NCBI GenBank assembly: GCA_030390025.1
Contig: CM059431.1
Location: 153,638,001 to 153,702,000 of the forward strand
Origin: Squalus acanthias
Taxonomy: Eukaryota
Reading direction: 5' to 3'
DNA length: 64,000 bases
Shown piece after piece: positions 34,578 through 47,109 of the stretch (position 1 is its first letter; every line of letters begins with the position of its first letter). Under the pieces are notes generated by a model. The model was not told the origin of the DNA and ran no database searches. It saw nothing but the letters and a program-made list of their open reading frames with translations. The position numbers and the translations under genes are program-made.

Positions 34578-35329
34578 GTAATGCAAAGTCAATCATCTTA
34601 CAGTATATCAGGACACAGAACGTCAGGAGACGATTGCCCAGTTGCTCAATCAAGATCAACTAAAGGAGTCGCTTCTGGTTATGTTTTTAAAGCTTTACAG
34701 CATCATAAAGCGTCTGAAACACATATTAAAAGCTTATTGCCCGCAAGGTACAGAATTAGGACACATTTTCTGAATCATGATTCAGGGCCAATAAATGAGA
34801 GGCATAGAACTGGACGCCTCCAGGTCCTCCGTGCCCAATGAGTGCCCCGACAGGGCACGATGTGATAAGTCCAGTGGATAACTTCCGGCACCGCAGATCA
34901 AAGCACCTGCAGTCCCAAGGTCAGGAATGCGTGATTTATACAGTAGGAGGAAGAAATGTTCATCTAATCCAGGTATTCGAAATCCAGGCACTAACCCCGA
35001 AATCAAATAATTATATGTGTAAGGGGGAATGATTTATTTTTCATTAGATACATCATTTGATCAGCAATATTTCTAAGATAAGGAGATATCAGAAATTTGA
35101 GAGCCGAGAGTGAATTCCTGATGCAGTTTGGCAATGCTCTATCTGTGGGCCGAGGGCGTGAAATTATCAAATCCTGGACAGTCCTCGCGGTCTGTCTCTC
35201 TGTACTCTGCCCTCTAGCAACTCATCTGCCCATCTTTCTCTCTCTCCTGTCTCTTTCACTTTATCCTTAATCCACTCATCCCTCTGCCTTTTCTCTGTAT
35301 CAGCAACTATCTGTGCTCACATAAACAGG

Positions 35330-36080
35330 GGAAGGTATTCACACACACAGGAACAGGTTCTGACATACACAGAGACAGATAGGGACAGGTACTGACATAC
35401 ACAGGGACAGGTACTGACATACACAAGGACAGGTACTGACATACACAGGGACAGGTACTGACATACACAGGGACAGGGAGGGACAGGTACTGATATAAGC
35501 AGGGACAGATAGGGACAGGTATTGACATACACAGGGACAGATAGGGACAGGTACTGACAGACACAGAGACAGGTAGGGACAGGTACTGACATGCACAGGG
35601 ACAGAGAGGGACAGTTACTGATATAAGCAGGGACAGATAGGGACAGGTATTGCCAGACACAGAGACAGGTAGCGACAGGTACTGACATGCACAGGGACAG
35701 GTAGGGACAGATACTGACATACACTGGGACAGCTAGGTACAAGTACTGATATCAGCAGTGACAGGTAGGTACAGATACTGAAATAGATAGTGACAGGTAA
35801 GGACAGGTACTTAAATAGACAGGTACAAGTGGGGACAAGTACTGATATACACAGACACAGGTAGGGATAGGTACTCACGCAAGGACAGTTAGGAACAAGT
35901 ATTGGCACATACAGAGACAGGTCCTGACATATATGGGGACAGCTATGGACAGGTACTAGCACATACACAGAAAGGTACTGACATACACGGGGACAGGTGT
36001 AGAAGTTACAGACATGCAGACGGTCAGGACGGACAGGAAATGACATGCACATTTAGGGACAGGTTCTGACATGCACAGGG
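35330..36080. repeat. Minisatellite, ~22/32-bp units (acagggacaggtactgacatac)
   Basis: Direct tandem repeats with 10-bp subunits. Confidence 0.9.
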
Positions 36081-37998
36081 ACAATTATCAAGCATGTCCC
36101 ATCAATTATCAAGCATGTATTTTCAATTATCAAGCGTGTATTATCAATTTTAAAGCGTGTATTATCAATTATCAAGCATGTCCTTTCACTTATCAAGCAT
36201 GTATTTTCAATTATCAAGCGTGTATTATCAATTTTCAAGCGGGTCCTATCAATTATCAAGCGTGTATTATCAATTATCAGGCGTGTATTATCAATTATCA
36301 AGCATGTCCTATCAATTATCAAGCATGTATTATCAATTATTAAGCGTGTATTATCAATTCTCAAGCGTGTATTATCAATTCTCAAGCATGTCCTATCAAT
36401 TTTCAAGCGGCTCCTTTCAATTATCAAGCGTGTATTATCAATTTTCAAGCAGGTCCTATCAATTATCAAGCGTGTATTATCAAATCTCAAGCATGTCCTA
36501 TCAATTTTCAAGCGGCTCCTATCAATTTTCAAGCGTGTATTATCAATTATCAATCATGTATTATCAATTTTCAAACGTGTATTATCAATTATCATCCGTG
36601 TATTATCAATTATCAAGCGTGTATTTTCAATTATCAAGCGTCTTTTATCAATTCCCAAGCATGTATTATCAATTATCAATTGTGTATTATCAATTATCAA
36701 GCGTGTATTATCAATTATCAAGCATGTATTATCAATTTTCAAACGTGTATTATCAATTATCAAGCGTGTATTATCAATTATCAAGTGTGTATTATCAATT
36801 ATCAAGCGTGTATTATCAATTATCAAGCGTGTATTATCAACTGTCAAGCATGTATTATCAATTATCAAGCATGTCCTATCAATTATCAAGCATGTCCTAT
36901 CAATTCTCAAGCGGGTCCTATCAATTATCAGGCGTGTATTATCAATTATCAAGCATGTATTATCAATTATCAAGCGTGTATTATCAATTATCAAGCATGT
37001 ATTTTCAATTATCAAGCGTGTCCTATCAATTATCAAGCGTGTATTATCAATTATCAGGCGTGTATTATCAATTATCAGGCGTGTATTATCAATTATCAAG
37101 CATGTATTATCAATTATCAGGCGTGTATTATCAATTATCAAGCATGTATTTTCAATTATCAAGCGTGTCCGATCAATTATCAAGCGTGTATTATCAATTA
37201 TCAAGCGTGTCCTATCAATTATCAAGCGTGTATTATCAATTATGAAGCGTGTATTATCAATTATCAAGCGTGTATTATCAATTATCAAGCGTGTATTATC
37301 AATTACCAAGCGTGTATTATCAATTACCAAGCATGTATTATCAATTATCAAGCAAGTATTATCAATTACCAAGCGTGTATTATCAATTATCAAGCGTGTA
37401 TTATCAATTATCAAGCGTGTATGATCAATTATCAAGCAAGTATTATCAATTACCAAGCGTGTATTATCAATTATCAAGCGTGTATTATCAATTACCAAGC
37501 ATGTATTATCAATTATCAAGCATGTATTATCAATTATCAAGCGTGTATTATCAATTATCAAGCGTGTATTATCAATTATCAAGCAAGTATTATCAATTAC
37601 CAAGCGTGTATTATCAATTATCAAGCATGTATTATCAATTATCAAGCGTGTATTATCAATTATCAAGCGTGTATTATCAATTATCAAGCTTGTATTATCA
37701 ATTATCAAGCGTGTATTATCAATTATCAACCATGTATTATCAATTATCAAGCGTGTATTATCAATTATCAAGCGTGTCCTATCAATTATCAAGCATGTAT
37801 TATCAATTATCAAGCATGTATTATCAATTATCAAGCGTGTATTATCAATTATCAACCATGTATTATCAATTATCAAGCGTGTATTATCAATTATCAAGCG
37901 TGTCCTATCAATTACCAAGCATGTATTATCAATTATCAAGCGTGTCCTATCAATGACCAAGCGTGTCCTATCAATTACCAAGCGTGTATTATCAATTA
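36081..37998. repeat. 21-bp minisatellite (~90 units, tatcaattatcaagcgtgtat)
   Basis: Highly homogeneous tandem array. Produces the 7-aa-period ORFs in the track. Confidence 0.97.
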
Positions 37999-38861
37999 CA
38001 AGCTGCCATTGCGGGTTAGCGAGGAGATGTCGGTGTTGTTAAGCTGAAGAAACTCCCAGCTCTTAAAACACTTGCAAAATTTGGGACACCACCCGTTTCC
38101 CCTTTTGACTTCCAGTTTACCGTTGCGGCCTTTTTTAACGGTCACTGCGATGCCCTTGCACCCATTCGTTGCCAGAGTGATTTTGCGCCAGCTCCACTTA
38201 TTCCCCTTTACCCACAATAACGTGCTTTTGACCTTAAAAACCTCAATGGGCGGAATGAGGACCTCTTCTTGTTTCGGGAAGGACGAGAATGCACTGATTG
38301 GAACCCCCAACTTGGTCTCTATTTCAAAAAGCGTGTTTTCCGCTGTAGAATGGCTCATGAATTGTTTCGCTACCTCCAGCTCCAAAGAGGACGAAGCGAA
38401 TTGTCCCAGTCTGACGTTACCTCCCGTCTTGGCATTGAATGGAATGCTAGTTCCCCTATAGGTCTTACGCTTATTGCTCTTTAACTTATCCAGGGCGACG
38501 GAGAGGAGGTAATGGAAGCTTTTGAAGTGGAAACTCCTCTTATAGATGGCGTCACTTACGCCGCACTCCCTGACTGCGGTGTTAAACTCACTGTACAATG
38601 GGGACTGTTGAGTGTAAGCGTGAATTGCCATCAGGTGCTCCCTTTTCAAACCGCGCGGGATTTCATAATTTGGCCCAATAGATTTGCTTGCATTATTCCA
38701 CACATCAAGCAAGTGTTTTCTCTCAGCCCATTCCTTTCTGATGTAACCAATCGCCGCCTCGTCGGCTGCCGGGGTCTGAGTGAAGATGTAAGCGGCAGAG
38801 TTCATCGCCATGTCCAGTTCGATGGTTTGGTCTCCAGCTGTAAAAGCTAGAGTGCTCCGAT
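37996..38861 (-). CDS. Ecto-ADP-ribosyltransferase (ARTC family), catalytic exon
   Basis: Acceptor ctttgtttcacag| at 38861. Motifs LDMAMNS, AIHAYT, LYSEFNTAVR, FHFKSFHYLLSVAL, TYRG, RLGQFASSS, TLFEI, FSSFPKQEEVLIPPIEVFKV give the R-S-E fold. No disablements. The true 3' end is uncertain. Confidence 0.93.
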
Positions 38862-38942
38862 CTGTGAAACAAAGCGGGTTGTTCTGACAATTCATAATGG
38901 AGGAAATAATGGAACATAAGATAGAAAAAGTTCCAGTAAATG

Positions 38943-39400
38943 TTTTTTATTTATTCGTTCACCAGTTGTGGGCGTTGCCGGCAATGCCAGCATTTATTGC
39001 CCATCCCTAGTTGCCCTTGAGAAGGTGGTGGTGAGCCGCCTTCTTGAACCGCTGCAGTCCTTGTGAAGGTGTTCCCACAGTGCAGACTTTGTCGTAGAGG
39101 TTTGTTACAACTGAGTGGCTTGCTAGGCCATGTTAGAGGGCAGTTAAGAGTCAACCACATTGCTGTGGGTCTGGAGTCACATATAGGCCAGACTGGGTAA
39201 GGGCAGCAGATTTCCTTCCCTAACGGACATGGTTTCATGGTCACCAATTTGTCACCATTACTGAGACCAGCGTTCTTTTTTTTAATTTCAAATTTATTTT
39301 AGTGTATTTAAATTCCACAGCTGCTGTGGTGGGATTTGAACTCACGTCTCTGGATCATTAGCCCAGGCCTCGAGATTACTAGCCCAGGAACATACCATAT
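38943..39400. mobile_element. LINE 3' end / SINE-like fragments in the ART intron
   Basis: 38950-39080 matches 59675-59815 (gccagcatttattgcccatcccta...gagaaggtggtggtg). Confidence 0.7.
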
Positions 39401-39409
39401 CAGCGATTT

Positions 39410-42190
39410 CCAGCCTAGGGTATTTGAAAAAAAGTGTGGAAATTGCAGATGCGCCAGTCGTAATTTTCAAAAGGTCTTTAGCTTCAGGAATTGTACATTT
39501 GGATTAGAAATTTATAAATATCTCTCCATCATTTGAGAAGGGAGTGGGGAGAGAAAACAGGAAACTGTAGACCTGTCAGTTTGACCACAACTTGGTATCT
39601 ATTGAGAGAGACAGAGTGACGGAGCTCTTGCACAGCTCTGAGCTGGTCAAAGAGAGTCCGCGTGGAATGGTGAAGGCTGCGTCATGTCTGAATAATCTAG
39701 CTAATTTTTCTGAGGACGTGACTAACACGGCCGACAGGGGACAGTCTATGGTTGTTGTTTATATGCTGAAGGCATCTGAGAAGCTTCTGCACAAAAAGAT
39801 TATTAGCAAAAACTAAAGGTCATGGAAAAGGAACTAAATCTGTTTAGGCCCCAGCTGGAGTATTGTGTTTGATTTTGGGCAGCACACTTTAGGAAGGATG
39901 TCAAGGCATTGGAGCGGGTGCAGAAGACATTTACTAGAATGGGACAAGTGATGAGGGACTTCGATTATGTTTAGAGATTAGAGAAACTGGGATTGTTCTC
40001 CTTTGAGCAGAGAAGGTTAGGGGAGATTTGATAGAGGTGTTCAAAATCATGAAGGGTTTTGATAGAGTAAATAAGGATAAACTGTTTCCAGTGGCACAAG
40101 GGTCAGTAACCAGAGGACAACAGATTTAAGGTGATTGCCAAAATGACCAGAGGCGACATGAGGAAACATTTATTTTACGCAGGGAGTTATTGGGATCTGG
40201 AACGCACTGACTGCAAGGGTGGTGAAAGCAGATTCAATTGTATCTTTCAAAAGAGAATTGGACATATATTTGAAAAGGGAAGAAATTCACAGGGCTATGG
40301 GGAAAGAGCAGGGGAGTGGGAGTAATTGGATTGTTCTAATAAAGACACAATGCGCTGAATGGTCTTCTTCGGTGCTGTATCATTCTAAGATTCTATGAAC
40401 CTTGAAACGTGTGTTGGTAATTGGTTGGCAGGTCGGAGACCGAGGGTATGGATAAAGGAAATACACTCTGATTGGCGGGATGTGACAATGGCATTCCCCA
40501 GGGATCTGTACTGGAACGTCATCTTTTTTACCATATATATTTATGACTCGGATGAAGCAACAGAGAGTTGTATTGAATATCCAAGTTTGATGCTGACACC
40601 AAGTTAGGAGGGACAGTAAGTAATGCAAATGGGAGCAAGAAGCCACAAAGGGAAGTAGTCAGACGAAATGAGAGGGGGAAAACTGTGGCAGTTGGAGTGT
40701 AATCTGCGGTAGGGTGGTCAATAACTTTGGAGCTGAGACATAAAGGGAATATTTTCTTAATGCCAAGAGATTGAGAGCTGTAGTTGTGGAGGAGCAAAGA
40801 GATTTGGGTGCCCAGGTATACAGATCACAAAGAGCTAGTGCACAGATACAAAAAGAGATTAAACAGGCTGTTGGAAAGTTGGCCTGGCTAACGTTATAGC
40901 TCAGCGTTTCTGGTGTGACATCGGGAAGAACTTTTTGATGCAAAGCAAAGCAGAGATGTGCAATGGGCTGTGAGAAGGAGGAATTAAAAGAAATTAGTAT
41001 TAGTGAAAAAATAGTGCTGGAGAAATTAATGGGACTGAACGCTGATAAATCCCCAGGGCCTGATAATCCACATCCCAGAGTACTAAAAGAGGTAGCCATG
41101 GAAATAGTGCATGCATCAAACAAAATATTTCCAAGTTGGCTGACGACATGAAACTAGGTGGGATTGTGAGTTGTGAGGCGGATGCAAAGAGGCTTCAAGG
41201 CGATTTAGACAAGTTGAGTGAGTGGGCAAATACATGGCAGATGCAGTATAACGTGGATAAATGTGAAGTTATCCACTTCGGTAGGAAAAACTGAAAGGTA
41301 GAATATTATTTAAATGGTGATAGATTGGGAAATGTTGATGTACAAAGGGACCTGGGTGTCCTTGTACACCAGTCACTGAAAGCAAACATGCAGGTGCAGC
41401 AAGCAGTTAAGAAGGGTAATGGTATGTTGGCCTTCATTGCAAGAGGATTTGAGTACAGGAGCAAGGATGTCTTACTAGTTATACAGGGCCTTGGCGAGAC
41501 CACACCTGGAGTACTGTGTGCAGTTTTGGTCTCCTTACCTAAGAAAGGATATACTTGCCATAGAGGGAGTGCAGCGAAGGTTCACCAGACTGATTTCTGG
41601 GATGGCAGGACTGTCGTATGAGAAGAGATTGGTTCGACTAGGCCTGTATTCACTAGAGTTTAGAAGAATGAGAGGGGGATCTCATTGAAATGTATAAAAT
41701 TCTGACAGGACTAGACAGACTGGATGTAGGGAGGATGTTTCCCCTGGCTGGGGGCGTCTAGAACGAGGGGTCACAGTCTCAGGATACGGGGTAGGACATT
41801 TAGGACTGAGATGAGGAGAAATTTCTTCACTCAGAGGGTGGTGAACCTGTGGAATTCTCCAACACAGAAGGCTGTGGTGGCCAAGTCACGGAATATATTT
41901 AAAAAGGAGATAGATAGATTTCTAGACGCAAAAGGCGTCAAGTGGTCTGGGGAGAGAGCGGGAATATGGTATTGAGTTAGAGGATCAGCCATGATCATAT
42001 TGAATGGCGGAGCAGGCTCGAAGGGCCGAATGGCCTACTCCTGCTCCTATTTTGTTTCTATTTCTAAAAGGCTGCTGGTTCTCGTGTTAATTGAAATGAT
42101 CAAGACTGAGATGAACAGATTGTTCTTACATCAGAGGATCAAAGGTGTATGGAGACAAAGTGGGTAAATGAAGGATCGCGTCATCATGTG
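39410..42190 (+). mobile_element. Cluster of several CR1 fragments
   Basis: RT-like pieces ([36 protein letters not shown]) and 3' UTRs ending at ~40395 and ~42065. Confidence 0.9.
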
Positions 42191-42795
42191 CTAACTGAAT
42201 GGCAGAACAGGCTCGAGGGACTGAATGACGTCCTCCTGTTCCAATGTAACAGGCTCGATGGGCTGAATGGGCCTCCTCCTGTTCCTGTGTAACAGGCTCG
42301 AGGGGCTGAATGGCCTCCTCCTGTTCCTGTGTAACAGGCTCGAGGGGCTGAATGGCCACCTCCTGTTCCTGTGTAACAGGCTCGAGGGTTTGAATGGCCT
42401 CCTCCTGTTCCTGTGTAACAGGCTCGAGGGGCTGAATGACTTCCTCCTGTTCCAATGTAACAGGCTCGAGGGGCTGAATGGCCTCCTCTTGTTCTTATGT
42501 GACAGGCTTGAGGGGCTGAATGGCCTCCTCCTTTCCCTAATGTAACAGGCAGAATAGGCTGAATGGCCTCTTCCTGTCCCTAATGTAACAGGCTCTAGGA
42601 GCTGAATTGCCTCCTCCTGTCCCTAATGTAACAGGCTCTAGGAGCTGAATGGCCTCCTCCTGTTCCTATGTAACAGGCTGAATAGGCTGAATGGCCTCCT
42701 CGTGTTCCAATGTAACAGGCCGAATAGGCTGAATGGCCTCCTCCTGTTCCAATGTAACAGGCTCGAGGGGCTGAATGGCCTCCCCCTGTTCCAAT
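42190..42795 (+). repeat. 42-bp minisatellite derived from the CR1 3' UTR (~14 units)
   Basis: Unit gtaacaggctcgaggggctgaatggcctcctcctgttcctgt. Confidence 0.92.
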
Positions 42796-42938
42796 GATCA
42801 CGCTACACACCAACGTGCCAAGTACATCTCTCCATTCTATTTCCTTCTGCAGCTGAAGACGTGAATTACATTTGGAAAAGCGGGTACATTACGAGGCAGC
42901 TTTCCTTTTAGTCCCAAATGCAGAATGAAAATACTTAC

Positions 42939-42984
42939 TGTCCAAACACAAAAAGACAAGCACGATGTAAATCACAAGCTGCAT
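42939..42984 (-). CDS. ART signal-peptide exon (coding part of exon 42939-43117)
   Basis: ATG at 42984 gives MQLVIYIVLVFLCLD + A|gtaagt. The phase-1 join to 38861 yields MQLVIYIVLVFLCLDNRSTLAFTAGDQTIELDMA. Acceptor ttgtttcag| at 43117. Not in the ORF track. Confidence 0.8.
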
Positions 42985-43164
42985 TGTTTCCTTATTCTGG
43001 TATCTCCAGGCGAGATCAATCAGACCGATTGGGTCCTTCGGGTTTCAGTTCTGTTGTTTTTCACTGTGGGATTAATCGGTCGGTCGGAGTCCTGGTGATC
43101 AAAGCGGCTCAACGATCCTGAAACAATATAAGCGGGAAAATGTCACATGCCCGCGGCTTGAGAT

Positions 43165-43990
43165 AGAATCACAGAATGATTCAGCACAGAAGGAGGCTAT
43201 TCGCCCCCATCGTTCCCGAGCCAGCATTTTGAAATCAGCCCAATAGTCCCACTTCCTCCTGCTCTTTCCCCAAAGCCCTGCAAAATTTTCCTTTTCAAGT
43301 ATTTATCCAATTCCCTTTTAAAAGTTATTATTGAATCTGCTTCCAACGCCTTTCAGGCAATGCATTCCAGATCACAACAACTCGCTGTGTAAAGACATGT
43401 TTCCTCACCTCGTGCCTGATTCTTTTGTCAATTACCTTAAATCTGTGTCCTCTGGTTACCGACCCTTCTGCCACTGGAAACAGTTGTTCCACATGCACTC
43501 CCACCGGCCTTTCTAGTTTCTGAACACCTCTATCAAATCTCCCTTAACCTTCTCTGCTCTAAGGAGAACAATCCCAGTTTCTCTATTTTCTGCATGTAAC
43601 TGAAGTCCCTCATCCCTGGTACCATTCTAGTAAATGGACCCTCTGCAAGGCCGTGACATCCTTCCTAAAATGAGGTGCCCAGATTTCGACACAATACTCC
43701 AGCTGGGGCCCAACCAGTGTTTTATAAAGTTTCAGCATAACCTCCTTGCTTTTGTGCTACTATGCCTCTATTTTTCAATGACTTTGTAACAGCCTTAATT
43801 GACTTCACGCTTCTCTGCATTAAATTTCATTGGCCACGTGTCTGCCCATTTCACCAGCCTGTCTATGTCTTCCTGAAATTTGTCACTATTCTCCTCACTC
43901 TTTACTAGATTTTCGAGTTTTGTGTCCTCTGCAAACGTGAAATGATGCCCTATATACCCAAGTCCATGACATTCATGTATATCAATATGT
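43165..43990 (-). mobile_element. CR1 3' fragment
   Basis: Similar to 30915-31610. Confidence 0.85.
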
Positions 43991-44119
43991 GAATTCGATC
44001 ACTGGTCATTCAAGGAAAGCATCTCCACATTACGAAGTTGTTGCTTCGAATAATCAACTGGAATACATCTGACTGACACAAATCCGAATTGAAGCACTCT
44101 GTCAGTTTCGATAGACAAC

Positions 44120-44828
44120 CTTTCATTCAGCCACAGCAGGGAGCCCTGAATTCTGTTTTGTCTGGTAGATGCCAAGGTTAGGGCTGGGCGAGATGGGGGG
44201 CTCATGGAATGGGTAGAAGATAATTTTGGAAAGGAAGGGTGATGGGCCAGAGGCCATGGACCATGTTGTCACCAAGCAGAAACTCTTCTTTCCAGCCATC
44301 CATTTTCCACCCTCCATAAACTTGAGCTCAACCAAAACTCTGCTGCCAGTGTCCCAACTCGCACCAAGTCCCATTCACCCATCACCCTGTGCTCGCTGAC
44401 TTACATTGGCTCCCGGTTAAGCAACACCTCGATTTTAAATTTCTCATCCTTGTTTTCAAATTCCTCCAAGGCCTCGCCACTCCCTATCTCTGTAACCTCC
44501 TCCAGCCCTACAACCCTCCAAGATCTCTGCGCTCCTCCAATTCTGGTCTCTTGCGCTTCCACGATTTTAATTGCACCATCATTGGCGGCCGTGCCTTCAG
44601 CCACCTAGGCCTTAAGCTCCAGCCTTCCCTCTCTAAACCTCTCCGCCTCTCTCTCTTTCTTTAAGACGCTCCTTAAAACCTACATTTTTGACCAAGCTTT
44701 GGGTCACCTGTCCTCATATCTCCTTTTCTGGCTCGGTGTCAAATTTTGGGACTGATTACGCTCCGGTGAATTGCCTTAGGACGTTTTAATATGTTAAAGG
44801 CGCTATATAAATGCAAGGTGTTGTTGAT
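44120..44828 (+). mobile_element. L2-like LINE 3' fragment
   Basis: LADLHWLPVKQHLDFKFLILVFK...PYLCNLLQPYNPPRSLRSS, tail ggcgctatataaatgcaag. Confidence 0.85.
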
Positions 44829-44854
44829 ATTTTACTACATAAAAGGAAAGATTT

Positions 44855-45264
44855 TGGGCGGCTGAATGACCTCCTCCTGTTCCTATGTAACAGCCTCAAG
44901 GAGCAGAATGGCCTACACCTGTTCTTATTTAACAGGCTCGACGGGCTGAATGGCCTATTCCTGTTCCTATTAAACAGGCTCGAGGGGCTGAATGACCTAT
45001 TCCTGTTCCTGTCTACAAGTCTGGAAGGGCTGACTCGCCTACCCCTGTAACTAAGCAAAAGGCTCGAGGGGCTGAATAGACTCCCCCTGCTCCAATATCA
45101 CAGTCTTGATGGAGGGAATGGCTTCCTCGCCTTCCTATGTAGTAGACAGAGGGGCACAATGGCATACACCTGTCCCTATGTAAGAGTTTCGAGCTGCTGA
45201 ATAGCTTCGTGCAGTTCCTCTGTAACAGGCTCAGCGGGCTGAATGGCCTCCTCCTGTTCCTATG
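44855..45264 (+). repeat. Degenerate 42-bp CR1-3'UTR-derived minisatellite
   Basis: Same unit as 42190-42795, more diverged. Confidence 0.8.
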
Positions 45265-46358
45265 CACTGAGGGTGTGTCGCACTGTCGGAGGGGCAGTAC
45301 TGAGGGAGTGCTGCACTGTTGGAGGGGCAGTACTGAGGGAGCTCCGCACTGTCGGAGGGGCATTACTGAGAGAGTGCTGCAATGCCGGAGGGGTAGTACT
45401 GAGGGAGCGCCGCACTGTCGGAGGGGCAGTACTGAGAGAGTGCTGCACTGTCGGAGGGGCAGTAGTGAGGTAGCGCCGCACTGTCGGAGGAGCAGTACTG
45501 AGGGAGCGCTGCACTGTCGAGGGGCAGTACTGAGAGAGTGCTGTACTGACGGAGGGACAGTACTGAGGGAGCGCTTCACTCTTGGAGGGGCAGTACTGAG
45601 GGAGCGCTGTACTGTCAGAGGGGCCGCACTGAGGGAGCGCTGCACTGTCTGAGGTGCCGTCCTTCGGATGAGACCTAAAACCAAGGCCCCAGTGCATCAC
45701 TCCCTCTGTACTGCCCCTTCGACAGGGCAGCGCGCCCTCAGTACTGCCCCTCCGATAGTGTAGCACTCCCTCTGTACTGCCCTCTTCGACAGTGCAGCAC
45801 TCCCTCAGTACTGCCCCTCCGATAGTGTAGCACTCCCTCTGTACTGCCCCTTCGACAGGGCAGCGCTCCCTCAGTACTGCCCCTCCGACAGTGCAGCACT
45901 CCCTCTGTACTGCCCCTTCGACAGTGCAGCACTCCCTCAGTACTGCCCCTCCGAGAGTGCAGTGCTCCCTCTGTACTGCCCCTCCGACAGTGCAGCGCTC
46001 CCTCAGTACTGCCCCTCCGACAGTATAGCACTCCCTCTGTACTACCCCTTCGACAGTCCGACACACTCTCTCAGGTGGATGCGAAAGATCCCTCGGCCGC
46101 TGTTTTAAAGAAGAGCAGGGGAATTATCCCTGGTGTCCTGGGCCCAATATGTATCCCTCAACCAACATCCCTAAAGGAACCGATAAACCGGCCATTATCT
46201 CGTTGCCTTCTGTGGGATCGTGCTGTGCGCAAATTGGCAGCCACTTTTCCTACATTAGTACATTGACGACACTTCAAAAGTACTTCATTGGCTGCAAAGC
46301 ACTTTGAGATGTCCTGAGGTTGTGAAGGCTGCTCTATAAATACAATCCTTTCTTCCTG
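45265..46358 (+). mobile_element. Deu/SacSINE1-like SINE containing two oppositely oriented ~33-bp minisatellite arrays
   Basis: (cagtactgagggagcgctgcactgtcggagggg)n at 45265-45650 and its reverse complement at ~45690-46062. SINE body resumes at ctctcaggtggatgcgaaagatccc. Confidence 0.85.
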
Positions 46359-46783
46359 TTGACAGCACAGACAGAATGGGAGGTGTGATTCAGATCTGAA
46401 GTCATTAATCTAGAAGGCTATGAAGTGCCCAATTACAGACGAGGTGCTGTCCCCAATGACACGCTTCGCAGCAGCGCATTTGATTTCTCACTTGCAAGTT
46501 AATCTTGTTTTTTTTTCAAACAGCGTGTACTCGCTCTATTCCCCTTTGCTCTACTAATGTACGTGTCTGTTGGTGGGTGTTGGTTTCATGTTTAACAGGC
46601 ATGTTTATCGTAAGGATGCTCATTTTCCCCTTGTGGTTCGTCAGAACTGAATTGGGGGTTTCACAGGCCAGCAGTCGCAGCTTTGCTGGTCGGTTGTGGT
46701 TAAGTGTGGTCAGCAGGTGAATGCCAGCGTCCCACGTCACAGCTCGTACTTCCTGAGTCTAAAGCAGAGAAATAAACACTTAC

Positions 46784-46830
46784 CGGATGTCTGTTGACTA
46801 TGGTGAGCTTGGCAAAGAGTTCACTGCTTG
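46784..46830 (-). other. Candidate 5' UTR exon of the ART gene
   Basis: Strong acceptor ttttctctattttag| and donor ccg|gtaagt around 47 nt of unique sequence, same strand as ART. Confidence 0.4.
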
Positions 46831-47109
46831 CTAAAATAGAGAAAATATATAAAAGAATGTTTATTGGAACATCAAACCGTGGGAATATCAAAAGTTTTGT
46901 GTTTTTGCCATGAAACTTGGGGTCATATATCCAGTCCAGCCAGTGCAGTGAAAGCTCTTCTCTCTCTCTCTCTGGTGGGGGAGTGGGTCAGATCCTGTCG
47001 TATTCCACTCTCGAATCAACATTGCAATATAACCAATGCAGAGCAGGGTAATATCTGCTCTCTGGGTAGCGAAAAAATGGGGCAAATCAAGCATAAAGTA
47101 CATTAGTTC

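Noticed and set aside
36053..38047. Long 7-aa-periodic ORFs (IIDNTRL, CIINYQA, YYQLSSV)
   Set aside because: By-products of a 21-bp minisatellite that is open in several frames on both strands.
38862..38895. ORF-track ART start MNCQNNPLCFT
   Set aside because: Lies in the polypyrimidine tract and acceptor of the intron. The N-terminus is better explained by the 42939-42984 signal exon.
42126..42455. Repetitive acidic protein (EQEEAIQPLEPVTQ)n
   Set aside because: Antisense translation of the 42-bp CR1-derived minisatellite.
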